The notes under the pieces were generated by a model. The model did no database searches, was not told where the DNA came from, and worked only from the letters and a program-made list of their open reading frames with translations. A stretch of DNA of 64,000 nt from the NCBI GenBank assembly GCA_965223855.1, contig CBDCXM010000009.1, forward strand, positions 224,001 to 288,000, read 5' to 3'. How positions within the stretch are numbered: position 1 is the stretch's first letter; every line of letters begins with the position of its first letter. The position numbers and the translations under genes were made by a program. Origin of the DNA: Candidatus Multivoradales bacterium (lineage in GTDB: Bacteria > Acidobacteriota > Thermoanaerobaculia > Multivoradales > JAHEKO01). Of this stretch, positions 9,140 through 17,893 are shown piece after piece.

Positions 9140-10541
9140 CGGGACCCTCCGTCTTCACCCCGAGACGACGCGCCAGCTCGTCGAAGCGTGGATCGTCGGC
9201 CGCACCGAGCTGGCGAGCCCGCTCGAACGCCTGGACTGCCCGCGCCGTCTCACCCGCTTCGAGCTCGGCTCGCGCCAGCGCCAGCCAGGCACCCCGTCTC
9301 CCGCCGGCGAGCCGGATCAACCGGCGATAGGTCACCGCCGCGCGCGACCACTCTCCCAGCTGTTCCTGAAGCGCGGCGAGCCTCTGCAGACGGTGCTGCT
9401 GACCGGGGTCGAAGCGATCCGCCTCGACGAGCGCCTCCATCGCCTCGCGCGGCCTGCCGAGCTGCGCCAGGACGTCTCCGAGCAGATCGAGAGGCTCCGT
9501 CCGGTACGGATTGAGCTCCAACGCCTCGCGTGCCACCGACTCCGCCTCGACCAGGCGTCCCTGCGCCGCTCGAGCGGCGGCGAGGTTCACCGTCAGGCTG
9601 ACGAGCCCGGGGTGCTTCCCGAGGGCAGCTTCGAGCCGGGTCTCGGCCTCTGACGGCCGCCCGAGCGAGATGAGGGCACTCGCGAGGTTCGACTGCACCG
9701 ATGCGTCATCGGGGTCCAGCCGCTCCAGCTCGAGCAGCAGCTCCAACGCACGCTCGAAGTCGCCTCTCCTCAGGAGGCCGACCGCCACTTCCTTCCCTGC
9801 GCTCAGACTCATGGAGTAGCGGGAGACTTCCTGATCCCAGGGGCTAGTCCACGCCGGCTGCACCCCGTCGCTCTTGAGCAGCATCTGACGCGCGGCGACC
9901 AGGTCTCCGTTGAGCCGCAGCGCCGTGCCGCGCAGGAAGTTCGAGTAGGGGTCCGGCCAGCGATCCAGCAGGCGCTGCGATTCCTCCAGCGCTCTTTCGA
10001 CGTCCCCCGACTCCAGCGCGAGCCTCGTCAGGCCGGCCGTAGCTTCCGGAGCGTCGGCTGCCAGCTCCCGGGCCTTCTCGAACGCCCCCTCAGCCTCGTC
10101 CATGCGGCCGAGAGCGAGGGCTGCGAAGCCGGCTCGCCACCACGACCACGGGATCGAGCCGTCCAGCGCGAGGCTCTGCTCGAAGAAAGCCGACGCCCCG
10201 GCCGGATCGCCGGCCAGATCGCGGAGGCGTCCGAGCCGATACGACGGGCGCGGGTCTGCCGGCGACAGCGTTGCCCACCACCGATAGACGGAGGCGGCAT
10301 CCTCGAAGAGCTCGCTCGCCTCGAGTGCGAGTCCGAGCGCCTTCCACGCTTCGCTGTCGCGGGGTCGTTCCTGCGCCGCGCGAAGGAGGTCGTCGAGCGC
10401 CGCGGCGAGAGTCCTGTCCTCGGAACCGAGCGCCTCGAGTGAGAGTTCGGGGGGGGCGTCCGTGGCGACGGCCCCGGCAGTAGCCGCGAGCGAAAGCGCG
10501 ATCGCCATGCAGCCGGTTCGCACGAGCCGCTCGAACCTCAC
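9123..10541 (-). CDS. Exported tetratricopeptide-repeat protein
   Basis: Signal peptide; many helical TPR-like units (AWKALGLAL, SNLASALISLGRPSEA, LLGDVLAQLGRPREA); overlaps both neighbours. Confidence 0.82.
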   Translation of the reverse strand: MRFERLVRTGCMAIALSLAATAGAVATDAPPELSLEALGSEDRTLAAALDDLLRAAQERPRDSEAWKALGLALEASELFEDAASVYRWWATLSPADPRPSYRLGRLRDLAGDPAGASAFFEQSLALDGSIPWSWWRAGFAALALGRMDEAEGAFEKARELAADAPEATAGLTRLALESGDVERALEESQRLLDRWPDPYSNFLRGTALRLNGDLVAARQMLLKSDGVQPAWTSPWDQEVSRYSMSLSAGKEVAVGLLRRGDFERALELLLELERLDPDDASVQSNLASALISLGRPSEAETRLEAALGKHPGLVSLTVNLAAARAAQGRLVEAESVAREALELNPYRTEPLDLLGDVLAQLGRPREAMEALVEADRFDPGQQHRLQRLAALQEQLGEWSRAAVTYRRLIRLAGGRRGAWLALARAELEAGETARAVQAFERARQLGAADDPRFDELARRLGVKTEGPDATDE

Positions 10542-12538
10542 TCCCGGCCGACCTTGTCTCTCAAGCGCGCTAGATTCTGCCGAAAGAGCCCGTTCTCCGG
10601 ATCGAGCTCGAGTCCTCTCTCGAGCGCTTGGATCGCGCAGTCGTACCGGCCGGTGAGGTAGCAGAGATTCGAGCGGTAGTGGTAGACGACCGCCTCGTCC
10701 GGCACCAGCGCCTCCAGCTCGTCGATGGCCCGCTCCGCCTCCTCGTAGTCGGTGCGCTCGAGCGCGTCCTTGGCACGCCGCAGCAGAAGGGCTGCCTGAC
10801 GCTCGGTCGGAGTGCTCGCGACTCTGCCGACCCTGGGCGCCCCCAGACGGTCCAGCGCCGCGGACGAGGGACCGTGCTCCGCGTCGTACTGCAGCGCACG
10901 CTGGAACGAGGCGATCGCGCCCTCGCGGTCACCCTCTTCCTCGTGGATCCTGCCGAGAGTGAAGACGGCCCCGGCACTGTCCGGCGCCAGCTCGAGGGCG
11001 GTCTCGACGCTCGTTCGTGCCTGTTCGATCCGGCCGAGACCGATGAGGGCCGAGGCGAGAGCGGTATGGAGCCCCGCGTCCTCCGGCTCCTCCCTGAGCA
11101 GCTGGTGGAACGCCACCGCCGCCTCCCTGTAGCGCCCGGCCCGCAAAGCGAGGGCGCCGTCATTGCGCAGGGTTGCCGATCGGTCCGAGTCCGACCGGTC
11201 GATGTAGCCCAGCGCTTCGAGCTTCTCGAGAACGGCATCGTCGACCGCCGCGTCGCGTGGCCCTCCGGCGGCGGATCTCTCGCCCACGCCCTCGACGGTC
11301 GCGACTCTCGACGGAACGGCGAGCGACGTGAACGCCTCGGTGAGCACCCTTCCCGGCATCTCGTCCGAGGCGGGCAGACCGCCGAGCGCCAGAAGGGTCG
11401 GCGCGAAGTCGAACAGCCCGGCCCCCTCCAGTCGCGCTCCCGGCCGTACCCGATGGCCGAAGAGGTAGAGAACGCCCTCGATCTCGTGGCTTTCGTGCGA
11501 GACCCTCCGCAGATCACGGGCGCGGCTGGGGTCGTCGAGGACCTCGCCGAGCGCGAAGCCGTGGTCCGAGACGACCACGAGGGTCGTCGACTCGTCCATG
11601 GCCGCGACGAACTCGCCGACCACCCGATCGAGGTACTCGTACATCGCCGTGATCGTCCGGCCGAAGCGTTGCTGCTGCTCGAGCAGCTCTCCGGCGAGAT
11701 CGGTGCGACCGTGGAGGTGGCCGAAGAGGTGGGAAACGGTGTCCGCTCCCTCGAAGTACACCATCAGGTTCTCGGGCCGGCGCGTGTTCCAGATCTCGAG
11801 GCCGATCCTCCGGTAGCTGTCGGCGGTGGCGATCGCCCACTTGAGGTGGCTCAGATCGTCGCCGAACCGGAAGTCCCCGGCCGAGGTCTCGCGATCGACG
11901 TCCGCGAAGGCGAGGACTTCTTCGGCGCTCAGATCGTCCGCCTCCCTGAAGAGCGGCATCAGCTCCTCTGCCGCCTCCGGCGGGTAGGCGAGTCCGGGCA
12001 GATCCTCGTCGGTCTCCCCCGTCGCCGCGAGCAGGAAGTGAAATCCGGCGCGGTCGCTCAGGACGAGCCCGCGATCGACCGCCTCGGCGGGCCAGGTCGC
12101 CCACCAGCCGACGACGGCCGACTCCTTCCCGGCCTCCCCCCACAGGTTCCACAGAGCCTTCACCCGCCGCTCCCGGCTGGTGATCGGCAGCTCCCGGCCG
12201 TCCTCTCCGGGAACGGTGAACGCCGTCACACCGTGATCGAGCGGCTCGCGCCCGGTCGCCAGCGTCGTCCACAGGATCGGGCTCAGCAACGGCGGCTGGC
12301 TCTCGAACCGCCCGAAGGCTCCTTCGGCGAGCAGCCGCTCGAAAGTCGGCATCCTCCCTTCGCCGACCAACTGATCGACGACGTCGGGATCGAAGCCGTC
12401 GAGTCCGAGAACGAGCAGCCGCCCCGGCCCCTCCCCGTCATCGGAGTGAACCTCGGCCCGCTCGGGGCCGTCGCAGCCGCCCGCGACCGTCAGGGCCGCG
12501 CAGATCAGCAGATTCCAGAAGCCGTAGGACGTTCGCAA
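10538..12538 (-). CDS. Lipoprotein: alkaline-phosphatase/nucleotide-pyrophosphatase superfamily domain plus C-terminal TPRs
   Basis: Lipobox VAGGC; LVLGLDG, SPILWTTLATG, GWWATWPAE, DTVSH, VVSDHGF, LEKLEALGYI, then TPRs. Confidence 0.85.
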   Translation of the reverse strand: MRTSYGFWNLLICAALTVAGGCDGPERAEVHSDDGEGPGRLLVLGLDGFDPDVVDQLVGEGRMPTFERLLAEGAFGRFESQPPLLSPILWTTLATGREPLDHGVTAFTVPGEDGRELPITSRERRVKALWNLWGEAGKESAVVGWWATWPAEAVDRGLVLSDRAGFHFLLAATGETDEDLPGLAYPPEAAEELMPLFREADDLSAEEVLAFADVDRETSAGDFRFGDDLSHLKWAIATADSYRRIGLEIWNTRRPENLMVYFEGADTVSHLFGHLHGRTDLAGELLEQQQRFGRTITAMYEYLDRVVGEFVAAMDESTTLVVVSDHGFALGEVLDDPSRARDLRRVSHESHEIEGVLYLFGHRVRPGARLEGAGLFDFAPTLLALGGLPASDEMPGRVLTEAFTSLAVPSRVATVEGVGERSAAGGPRDAAVDDAVLEKLEALGYIDRSDSDRSATLRNDGALALRAGRYREAAVAFHQLLREEPEDAGLHTALASALIGLGRIEQARTSVETALELAPDSAGAVFTLGRIHEEEGDREGAIASFQRALQYDAEHGPSSAALDRLGAPRVGRVASTPTERQAALLLRRAKDALERTDYEEAERAIDELEALVPDEAVVYHYRSNLCYLTGRYDCAIQALERGLELDPENGLFRQNLARLRDKVGRE

Positions 12539-12578
12539 CGAGCTCCCCTGCCGGAACGAGCCGGCGTCGACCGTATAG

Positions 12579-12608
12579 AAAAAGAGAGCCGGGACAAGCC
12601 CGGCTCTC
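12579..12608 (-). terminator. Intrinsic terminator after the secreted protein gene
   Basis: Minus strand: GAGAGCCGGG-cttgt-CCCGGCTCTC followed by TTTTT. Confidence 0.85.
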
Positions 12609-12631
12609 CGAAAGACTTCCTCAGGTGAGGG

Positions 12632-13321
12632 TCAGTCGACCTCGAAGGACTGCAGGTCGACCGGAATCATCGCATCCTGGCCGATCAGCTGGAACAGGAA
12701 GTCCGGATTGGTGCCGCCTCCCACGCCGCAAGTGGTCATGCGGTCCCAGTCGGTGCAGGTGGTGCCGAAGCCGCCACCGGGGTTGCGCCACACGGCACCC
12801 GAGTTGCTGGCCGTCGTCCGGTTGCTCCAGAAGTGCTGGCCGTCGGTGCCGAAATTCTGCGACACCTGGATCGCCACCCAGTGGGTGCCCATCGGCAGGA
12901 TGCAGGAGGTCGGCAGCACGATGTTCAGCGAGCCGCCGGCGTCGTTGGCCACGATCCCCGTGTAGGAGCAGGTCGCCGCCGCATCTGGAAAACCGGCGTT
13001 GTCGGGATAGAAGTTCACCGCGACCGAGTCGCTGCCGCCGCCGGAGGTGCCGACGGTGTTGACTTCCTCGATCTCCCAACCCGTCGGGCTGGTCACGACG
13101 AAGTCGTCCGCACCCTCGGAGTCGTAGGCGTCGTAGGCGGCCTCGAAGTCCTGATCCGGCGCGCCGTTGCCCGAGGCGTTGTCGGTCTGATCGTAGAGCA
13201 CGCCGGGGCCGACTGCGGGCACGATACCGGTCGCGCCGGCTTCGACGCTCGGCTGCGCCTGCGCGGCGGCGGCGATCATCACGAGGCCGAAGACGGCCAG
13301 TGCTGCGATGCGAAACTTCAT
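12632..13321 (-). CDS. Secreted beta-rich protein ending in IPVDLQSFEVD
   Basis: GGAGGG RBS; signal peptide ending AQA; LYDQTDN..DFE..YD..ADDFVV domain with 4 Cys; short terminal tag. Confidence 0.85.
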   Translation of the reverse strand: MKFRIAALAVFGLVMIAAAAQAQPSVEAGATGIVPAVGPGVLYDQTDNASGNGAPDQDFEAAYDAYDSEGADDFVVTSPTGWEIEEVNTVGTSGGGSDSVAVNFYPDNAGFPDAAATCSYTGIVANDAGGSLNIVLPTSCILPMGTHWVAIQVSQNFGTDGQHFWSNRTTASNSGAVWRNPGGGFGTTCTDWDRMTTCGVGGGTNPDFLFQLIGQDAMIPVDLQSFEVD

Positions 13322-13457
13322 TGAGTTCCCTCCGTTTTCTCCAGGATCGGCGACTGGCGAAGCGCCAGCACCGGTTGACTCTCTTCTACGTCCGAACTCT
13401 TAGCCTAGAGGGCGGTACCTTTCGGCGTCAAGTCGGAGGGATCGCCCCCTCAGCCCC

Positions 13458-16400
13458 TCAGAAGCGAGTGCCGATCCAGAACGAGGACTCGAAGGCGCCG
13501 TCTGACGTCTCGAAGTCGGTCCGCTTCGCGAAGTCGAAGTTCAGATCGACTCCGAGGAATCTGACCGTCAGGCCGTAGCCGTAGGAGGCGACGCCGTCTT
13601 CGAGCCGGTCCAGATCCTCGTTCCAGAAGTTGAAGCTGCCGAGGTCGTCGAACCACGCCCCGCCGATATCGACGAAGAAGACTCCGCGCACGCCGCCGAA
13701 GTTGACGAGCGGTGTCGAGAACTGGTCGAACAGCGGGAAGCGCAGCTCGATGTTGGCGAAGAAGCCCTGATCGCCGACCAGCGAGCGGAAGTCGAACCCG
13801 CGCACGGTGTCTAGGCCGCCGAAGTAGACCGGGTTGGGGACGTCGCCCTCGTTGAACGAGCCGAGGAGGCGTATCGCGAAGTTCGAGCGCGGCGTCAACC
13901 TCAGGTACTGCCGGTAGTCGAGCGAGAGGTTGGTGAAGAGCGTTCCGGTCTCCCCCTCCTGCTGGTCGAGGTTGGGCGCGTGGCTCAGAGAGAGACGCCA
14001 GCGCTTCCCTGATACGGCGCCCCAGGGCATGAAAACGGCCGTGTCGCCGACCAGCGCGGCCCGCGCGATCGGATAGTCGTCGGTCCGCGGCTCCAGAGTC
14101 GGCACGGCGATGCCGAACGGAAAGAACTCGTCGAGGACCATCGCGAGCTCGTCCGGGGGCAGGTCTTCAAGGCCCAGACCCTGAAGCCCCGGCTCGAGCT
14201 CGAGAATCTGCTCGAGCGAGAACTGAGCCGGATCGACCCGCGCGAAGCTCTGAAAGTTGAGCTCACGCCGGACGTAGCCGCCCCCGATCTCGAATCGGTG
14301 CGTCGGATTGAACGGGAAGATCAGTCCGGCCTCGAGACCGGTCTGGCGAAACGCGGTGGCTCCCCGATCGAGGAACCCGCGGAAGTCGCGCCCGATGAAG
14401 AACGTCTCGTCGTCGTAGAGGTTGAGCGTCCACTGCTGGCGCTTCGAGAAGTCGGCGTAGATGAAGTCGAACTCCTGGAAGCTCTCGATCCCCTGGAAGG
14501 CGGCGATGATCCGCCGGTCCCCGAGGTAGTCCGTCCAGCGGATGATCGTCTGCCCGATGACCGTCTGATCGTCCGAGATGCCGAAGTAGGCGTCGACGTC
14601 CTCGAGGAAGAACTGGAACTTCGGGTAGTCGTCCTTGTTGGCGTCGTCGATCGACACCTCGATGCTCGGCTCGAAGGCGGGCAGCTCGGGATCGACTTCG
14701 GTGCTCGCGTCGCGCGCCTCCTCGATCACGATCGGCTCGGTGATCGGATCGTTGAGGTCCTGAACGTAGATGTCGTTGCGCTGCTTCCAGAACGCGCTGT
14801 AGACGAGGCGCTCCTTGCCGTCGGGAGACGCCAGGATCGCCGGCTGCCAGCAGGTGGTCACCGTGTTGGTGTGCTGAAGCAGCTCGCCGGTCTCGAGGTT
14901 GAGACCGTAGATGTCGTCGGAGCCGGAGCGGTCGGAGGTGAAGTAGAGGCGCCGGCCGTCGGGCGAGAACGCCGCGTCGGTGTCGTTCGAGTCGCCGAAA
15001 GTGAGCTGCTCGCGCTCTGTCGGATTGTCGAGATCGATGCGATAGAGCTTGCCGTAGCCGCCGGCCACCGAGGTCATGACCATCGACTCGCCGTCGGGCG
15101 AGTAGACCGGAGCGCCGTCGAAGACGTCGTCGTTGGTGACCGCGCGCGTCTCGCCCGACGAGACGTCGGTCGCGAAGACGTCGAACCGCCCGTCGCGATA
15201 GCCGGCGAAAGCGACGTTGCGACCGTCGGGGCTCCAGGCGGGACCGGTCGGCTGGGAGACGCCCAGTTCGATCACTCTACGAACCTTGCCGCGCAGCACG
15301 TCGAGCAGAACCAGCTTGCGCCCTGCTCCCTGGCGGGCGAAGAAGGCGATCGTGTTGCCGTCCGGGGAGAACGCCAGGTCGCGACCCATCTTGCGGCCGA
15401 GGGTCAGCTCCTGGGCGACGTAGTACTCGAAATCGTCCTTCAATCCCTTCGTCAGGTTGCGGATGATCTCGCGGCTCCGGGTGTCGATCAACACCACGTC
15501 GACGTCGCCCTTGTGGGTCGAGAACGCGGCCACCAGGTCGCCGGACGGCGACGGGCTGGGAGACGTCATGATCCCGGAAAAGATCGTCTGCTCGCGGCGG
15601 AACACCCGGCCGTAGTCGGAAGGCTCACCGGTATCGACGAGTTCCGGCAAGTACTTCCTGCGCAACCAGCGGCGGAAGTCGGCGTCGAGATCCTCGGGGC
15701 GGATCTGGAACGCCCGCTCGAACGCCCGGCCGGGACGACCGCTCAGGTTGGTGCGGACCTCGGCCAGCAGATCGCGGACACCGTCCTCTCCCCACCGCTC
15801 CTCGACGTAGTCGAACACCGCGTGTCCGAAGCGGTAGGCGAAGAAACCGCCGACATTGCCCTGCGTCACCGAAGGAATCCGGTCGTTCACCACCGCGTCG
15901 CGAAGGTACCCCTTGTCGCGCGCCGTCTCGTCCTTCGCGTAGTAGCTCGCCATCCCCTCCATGAACCACTGCGGCAGCGAGCCGCCCAGCCCCTTCGCCG
16001 CCCGCCCTTCGTAGATCATCGAGAACTGAAAGACGTGGGTCAGCTCGTGGAGGACCAGTGCCATCAGCTCCGGATCGGGCATGTCGACCGGCAGCACCAT
16101 CCGGTTGCGGGTCGGCACGGCGAAGGCACCCACACCCTCGGGGATGAAGTTGAGGATGATGTTGTTCTGCTCGAACTCCGCGTGAGTCGCGTAGTAGATG
16201 AGCGGCACCGCGTCCTTGATCTGGTGGTCGAACCGCCGCGAAAGCTCGTCGTAGGCGCTCTCGGCATAGGACACCACCTTCTGCAGGTGCCCTTCGGCCT
16301 CCGGGTAGTAGTGCACGTCGAAGTGCGGCGAGTGGTAGACCTTCCAGTCGAACTCGCTGTACTGAACCTTGTTCTTGCCGAAGTACTGAGCGGAGGCGGC

Positions 16401-16469
16401 GCCCGCCCCCAGCAGCAGGGCGGCGATCACGAGAGTAGGGACGACGGTGTGCGTGCGGGGTCGAGTCAA
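13458..16469 (-). CDS. Omp85-family outer membrane protein with N-terminal HEXXH zinc-peptidase-like domain and PD40 (TolB-like) propeller
   Basis: Signal peptide then QYFGKNKVQY; LHELTH...WFMEGMASY; repeated (F/W/Y)SPDG; GGLDTVRGF (Omp85 VRGF motif); NIELRFP; C-terminal FWIGTRF. Confidence 0.88.
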   Translation of the reverse strand: MTRPRTHTVVPTLVIAALLLGAGAASAQYFGKNKVQYSEFDWKVYHSPHFDVHYYPEAEGHLQKVVSYAESAYDELSRRFDHQIKDAVPLIYYATHAEFEQNNIILNFIPEGVGAFAVPTRNRMVLPVDMPDPELMALVLHELTHVFQFSMIYEGRAAKGLGGSLPQWFMEGMASYYAKDETARDKGYLRDAVVNDRIPSVTQGNVGGFFAYRFGHAVFDYVEERWGEDGVRDLLAEVRTNLSGRPGRAFERAFQIRPEDLDADFRRWLRRKYLPELVDTGEPSDYGRVFRREQTIFSGIMTSPSPSPSGDLVAAFSTHKGDVDVVLIDTRSREIIRNLTKGLKDDFEYYVAQELTLGRKMGRDLAFSPDGNTIAFFARQGAGRKLVLLDVLRGKVRRVIELGVSQPTGPAWSPDGRNVAFAGYRDGRFDVFATDVSSGETRAVTNDDVFDGAPVYSPDGESMVMTSVAGGYGKLYRIDLDNPTEREQLTFGDSNDTDAAFSPDGRRLYFTSDRSGSDDIYGLNLETGELLQHTNTVTTCWQPAILASPDGKERLVYSAFWKQRNDIYVQDLNDPITEPIVIEEARDASTEVDPELPAFEPSIEVSIDDANKDDYPKFQFFLEDVDAYFGISDDQTVIGQTIIRWTDYLGDRRIIAAFQGIESFQEFDFIYADFSKRQQWTLNLYDDETFFIGRDFRGFLDRGATAFRQTGLEAGLIFPFNPTHRFEIGGGYVRRELNFQSFARVDPAQFSLEQILELEPGLQGLGLEDLPPDELAMVLDEFFPFGIAVPTLEPRTDDYPIARAALVGDTAVFMPWGAVSGKRWRLSLSHAPNLDQQEGETGTLFTNLSLDYRQYLRLTPRSNFAIRLLGSFNEGDVPNPVYFGGLDTVRGFDFRSLVGDQGFFANIELRFPLFDQFSTPLVNFGGVRGVFFVDIGGAWFDDLGSFNFWNEDLDRLEDGVASYGYGLTVRFLGVDLNFDFAKRTDFETSDGAFESSFWIGTRF

Positions 16470-16534
16470 ATCGCTCTCCTTGATGTCGGGCCGTCACTCC
16501 CGGAGGTCCGACCTCCGCGACCGGCCCGAGCGAC

Positions 16535-17233
16535 TCAGTCGGTGAAGAGAATGCGGGAAGTTCTCACCCGCTTCTGGGCGAAGACGCCGGCGATGCGATC
16601 CTCGAGCGCGTAGAGGTTCTCGAACATCCCGGCGAGCGGGTCGGCGCTGGCGCCTTCAAATTCCTTGAAGTCCTTGAAGTTGTCCGAGTGGAGCTGCTCC
16701 CCGGTGCGACCGTCGTAGACCTGCATGACGATGTCGTACTCGAAGCCGCTGCGCTCGACGAGCACCTGACGGAAGTAGGTGCGGCCGTCGTAGGGGTGGA
16801 CGTACTCCTCGGTCCGGTAGCCGCTGCGATCCTGAATGTCGAAATCGAGGCTGCCGGTCAGGAGCAGGTCGGCGCGGCTACGTTCCCCGATCACCCGCCA
16901 GAAGTCCTGATTCGTGGCGAGATCGTCGAGGTCGCGACTCGGGTACTCCACGCCTCGTGCCGGGACGATCTTGAGCTGAGCGCGGCGCCGCAGGATGCGT
17001 CGCATGTAGCGCTCAAACTCCTCCTGGACGTTGACGCCTCGCCGTTCGAGCGGCGCCTCACCCTCCTCGAGCGGCACGAGGAACGGTGCGATAGCGACCG
17101 TCTCGTAGCCGCGCAGGTCGATCTCGGACGGCACCGGCACCTCGAACTGCACCTCGATGTCGCCGGCCATCGTCGACACGGCGACGAGCGCTCCGGCAAC
17201 CGTCAGCAACGCTGCACTCCAGTGGCGATTCAT
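16535..17233 (-). CDS. Exported conserved hypothetical protein (possibly CsgG/TolB-N-like alpha/beta fold)
   Basis: Signal peptide; TVAIAPF...ADLLLTGSL...MQVYDGRTGE pattern typical of that fold; fold call is inference. Confidence 0.65.
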   Translation of the reverse strand: MNRHWSAALLTVAGALVAVSTMAGDIEVQFEVPVPSEIDLRGYETVAIAPFLVPLEEGEAPLERRGVNVQEEFERYMRRILRRRAQLKIVPARGVEYPSRDLDDLATNQDFWRVIGERSRADLLLTGSLDFDIQDRSGYRTEEYVHPYDGRTYFRQVLVERSGFEYDIVMQVYDGRTGEQLHSDNFKDFKEFEGASADPLAGMFENLYALEDRIAGVFAQKRVRTSRILFTD

Positions 17234-17715
17234 GTCGATGATCCCCCTTCGGCAGAGGCCGTCTCGTCCTCACCCTCTTCCTCTTGTCCGGCTTCCTCTT
17301 GCCCGGCTTCCTGCTCGGACTCGGCCTGCTCCGCTTCTGCGGGGTCGGCCTCGTCCTTCTCGTAGGCCTGGTAGAACTCCAGGAAGCGGCTGTAGTTCTG
17401 GCGCAACTCACGATTGCCCTGAGACGCCGCCAGCGCCTCTTTGTACGCCTCGAGGGCCTGCTCGAAGAGACCCATCGCCTCGTAGGCAACGGCGATGTTG
17501 TTGAGCACCTCGGCGTTGCGCGGCTCCAGCCTGCTCGCCTGCTGGAAGCGGAACAGAGCCTCGCGCCACAGGCCGCGCTGGGCCATCTTCACCCCGAAGG
17601 CGAGTTGAGAATCCGCCTTCGCCGCTTCGAGCCGCGCCGGCGTCGAGCACAGCGCGCCGGCTGCGAGGCCGGCGATCACCACCAGGGTTCTCAGTCGCAT
17701 CGCTTTCTGCTCCAT
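17230..17715 (-). CDS. Small exported TPR protein with acidic tail (start may be ATG 17700)
   Basis: FGVKMAQRGLWREALFRF, VLNNIAVAYEAMG..ALEAYKEAL; TATACT -10 at 17740-17745; ATGA overlap with the next gene. Confidence 0.8.
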   Translation of the reverse strand: MEQKAMRLRTLVVIAGLAAGALCSTPARLEAAKADSQLAFGVKMAQRGLWREALFRFQQASRLEPRNAEVLNNIAVAYEAMGLFEQALEAYKEALAASQGNRELRQNYSRFLEFYQAYEKDEADPAEAEQAESEQEAGQEEAGQEEEGEDETASAEGGSST

Positions 17716-17893
17716 CCGTCGTTGAATACGGCTGGAGGCAGTATATCGGTCTGCCGTGCGCGCCCTCGGGCGGTTTCTTCGGTGTCGGACGCTGTGCGAT
17801 TCATCCCGCTCCCTCCGTCTGGTGAGTTCGTAACCCCCTGCTCGATCGGTTTATGCCCGAGGCGAGCCGAGGGTCCCGAAAAGGAGCGATCCC

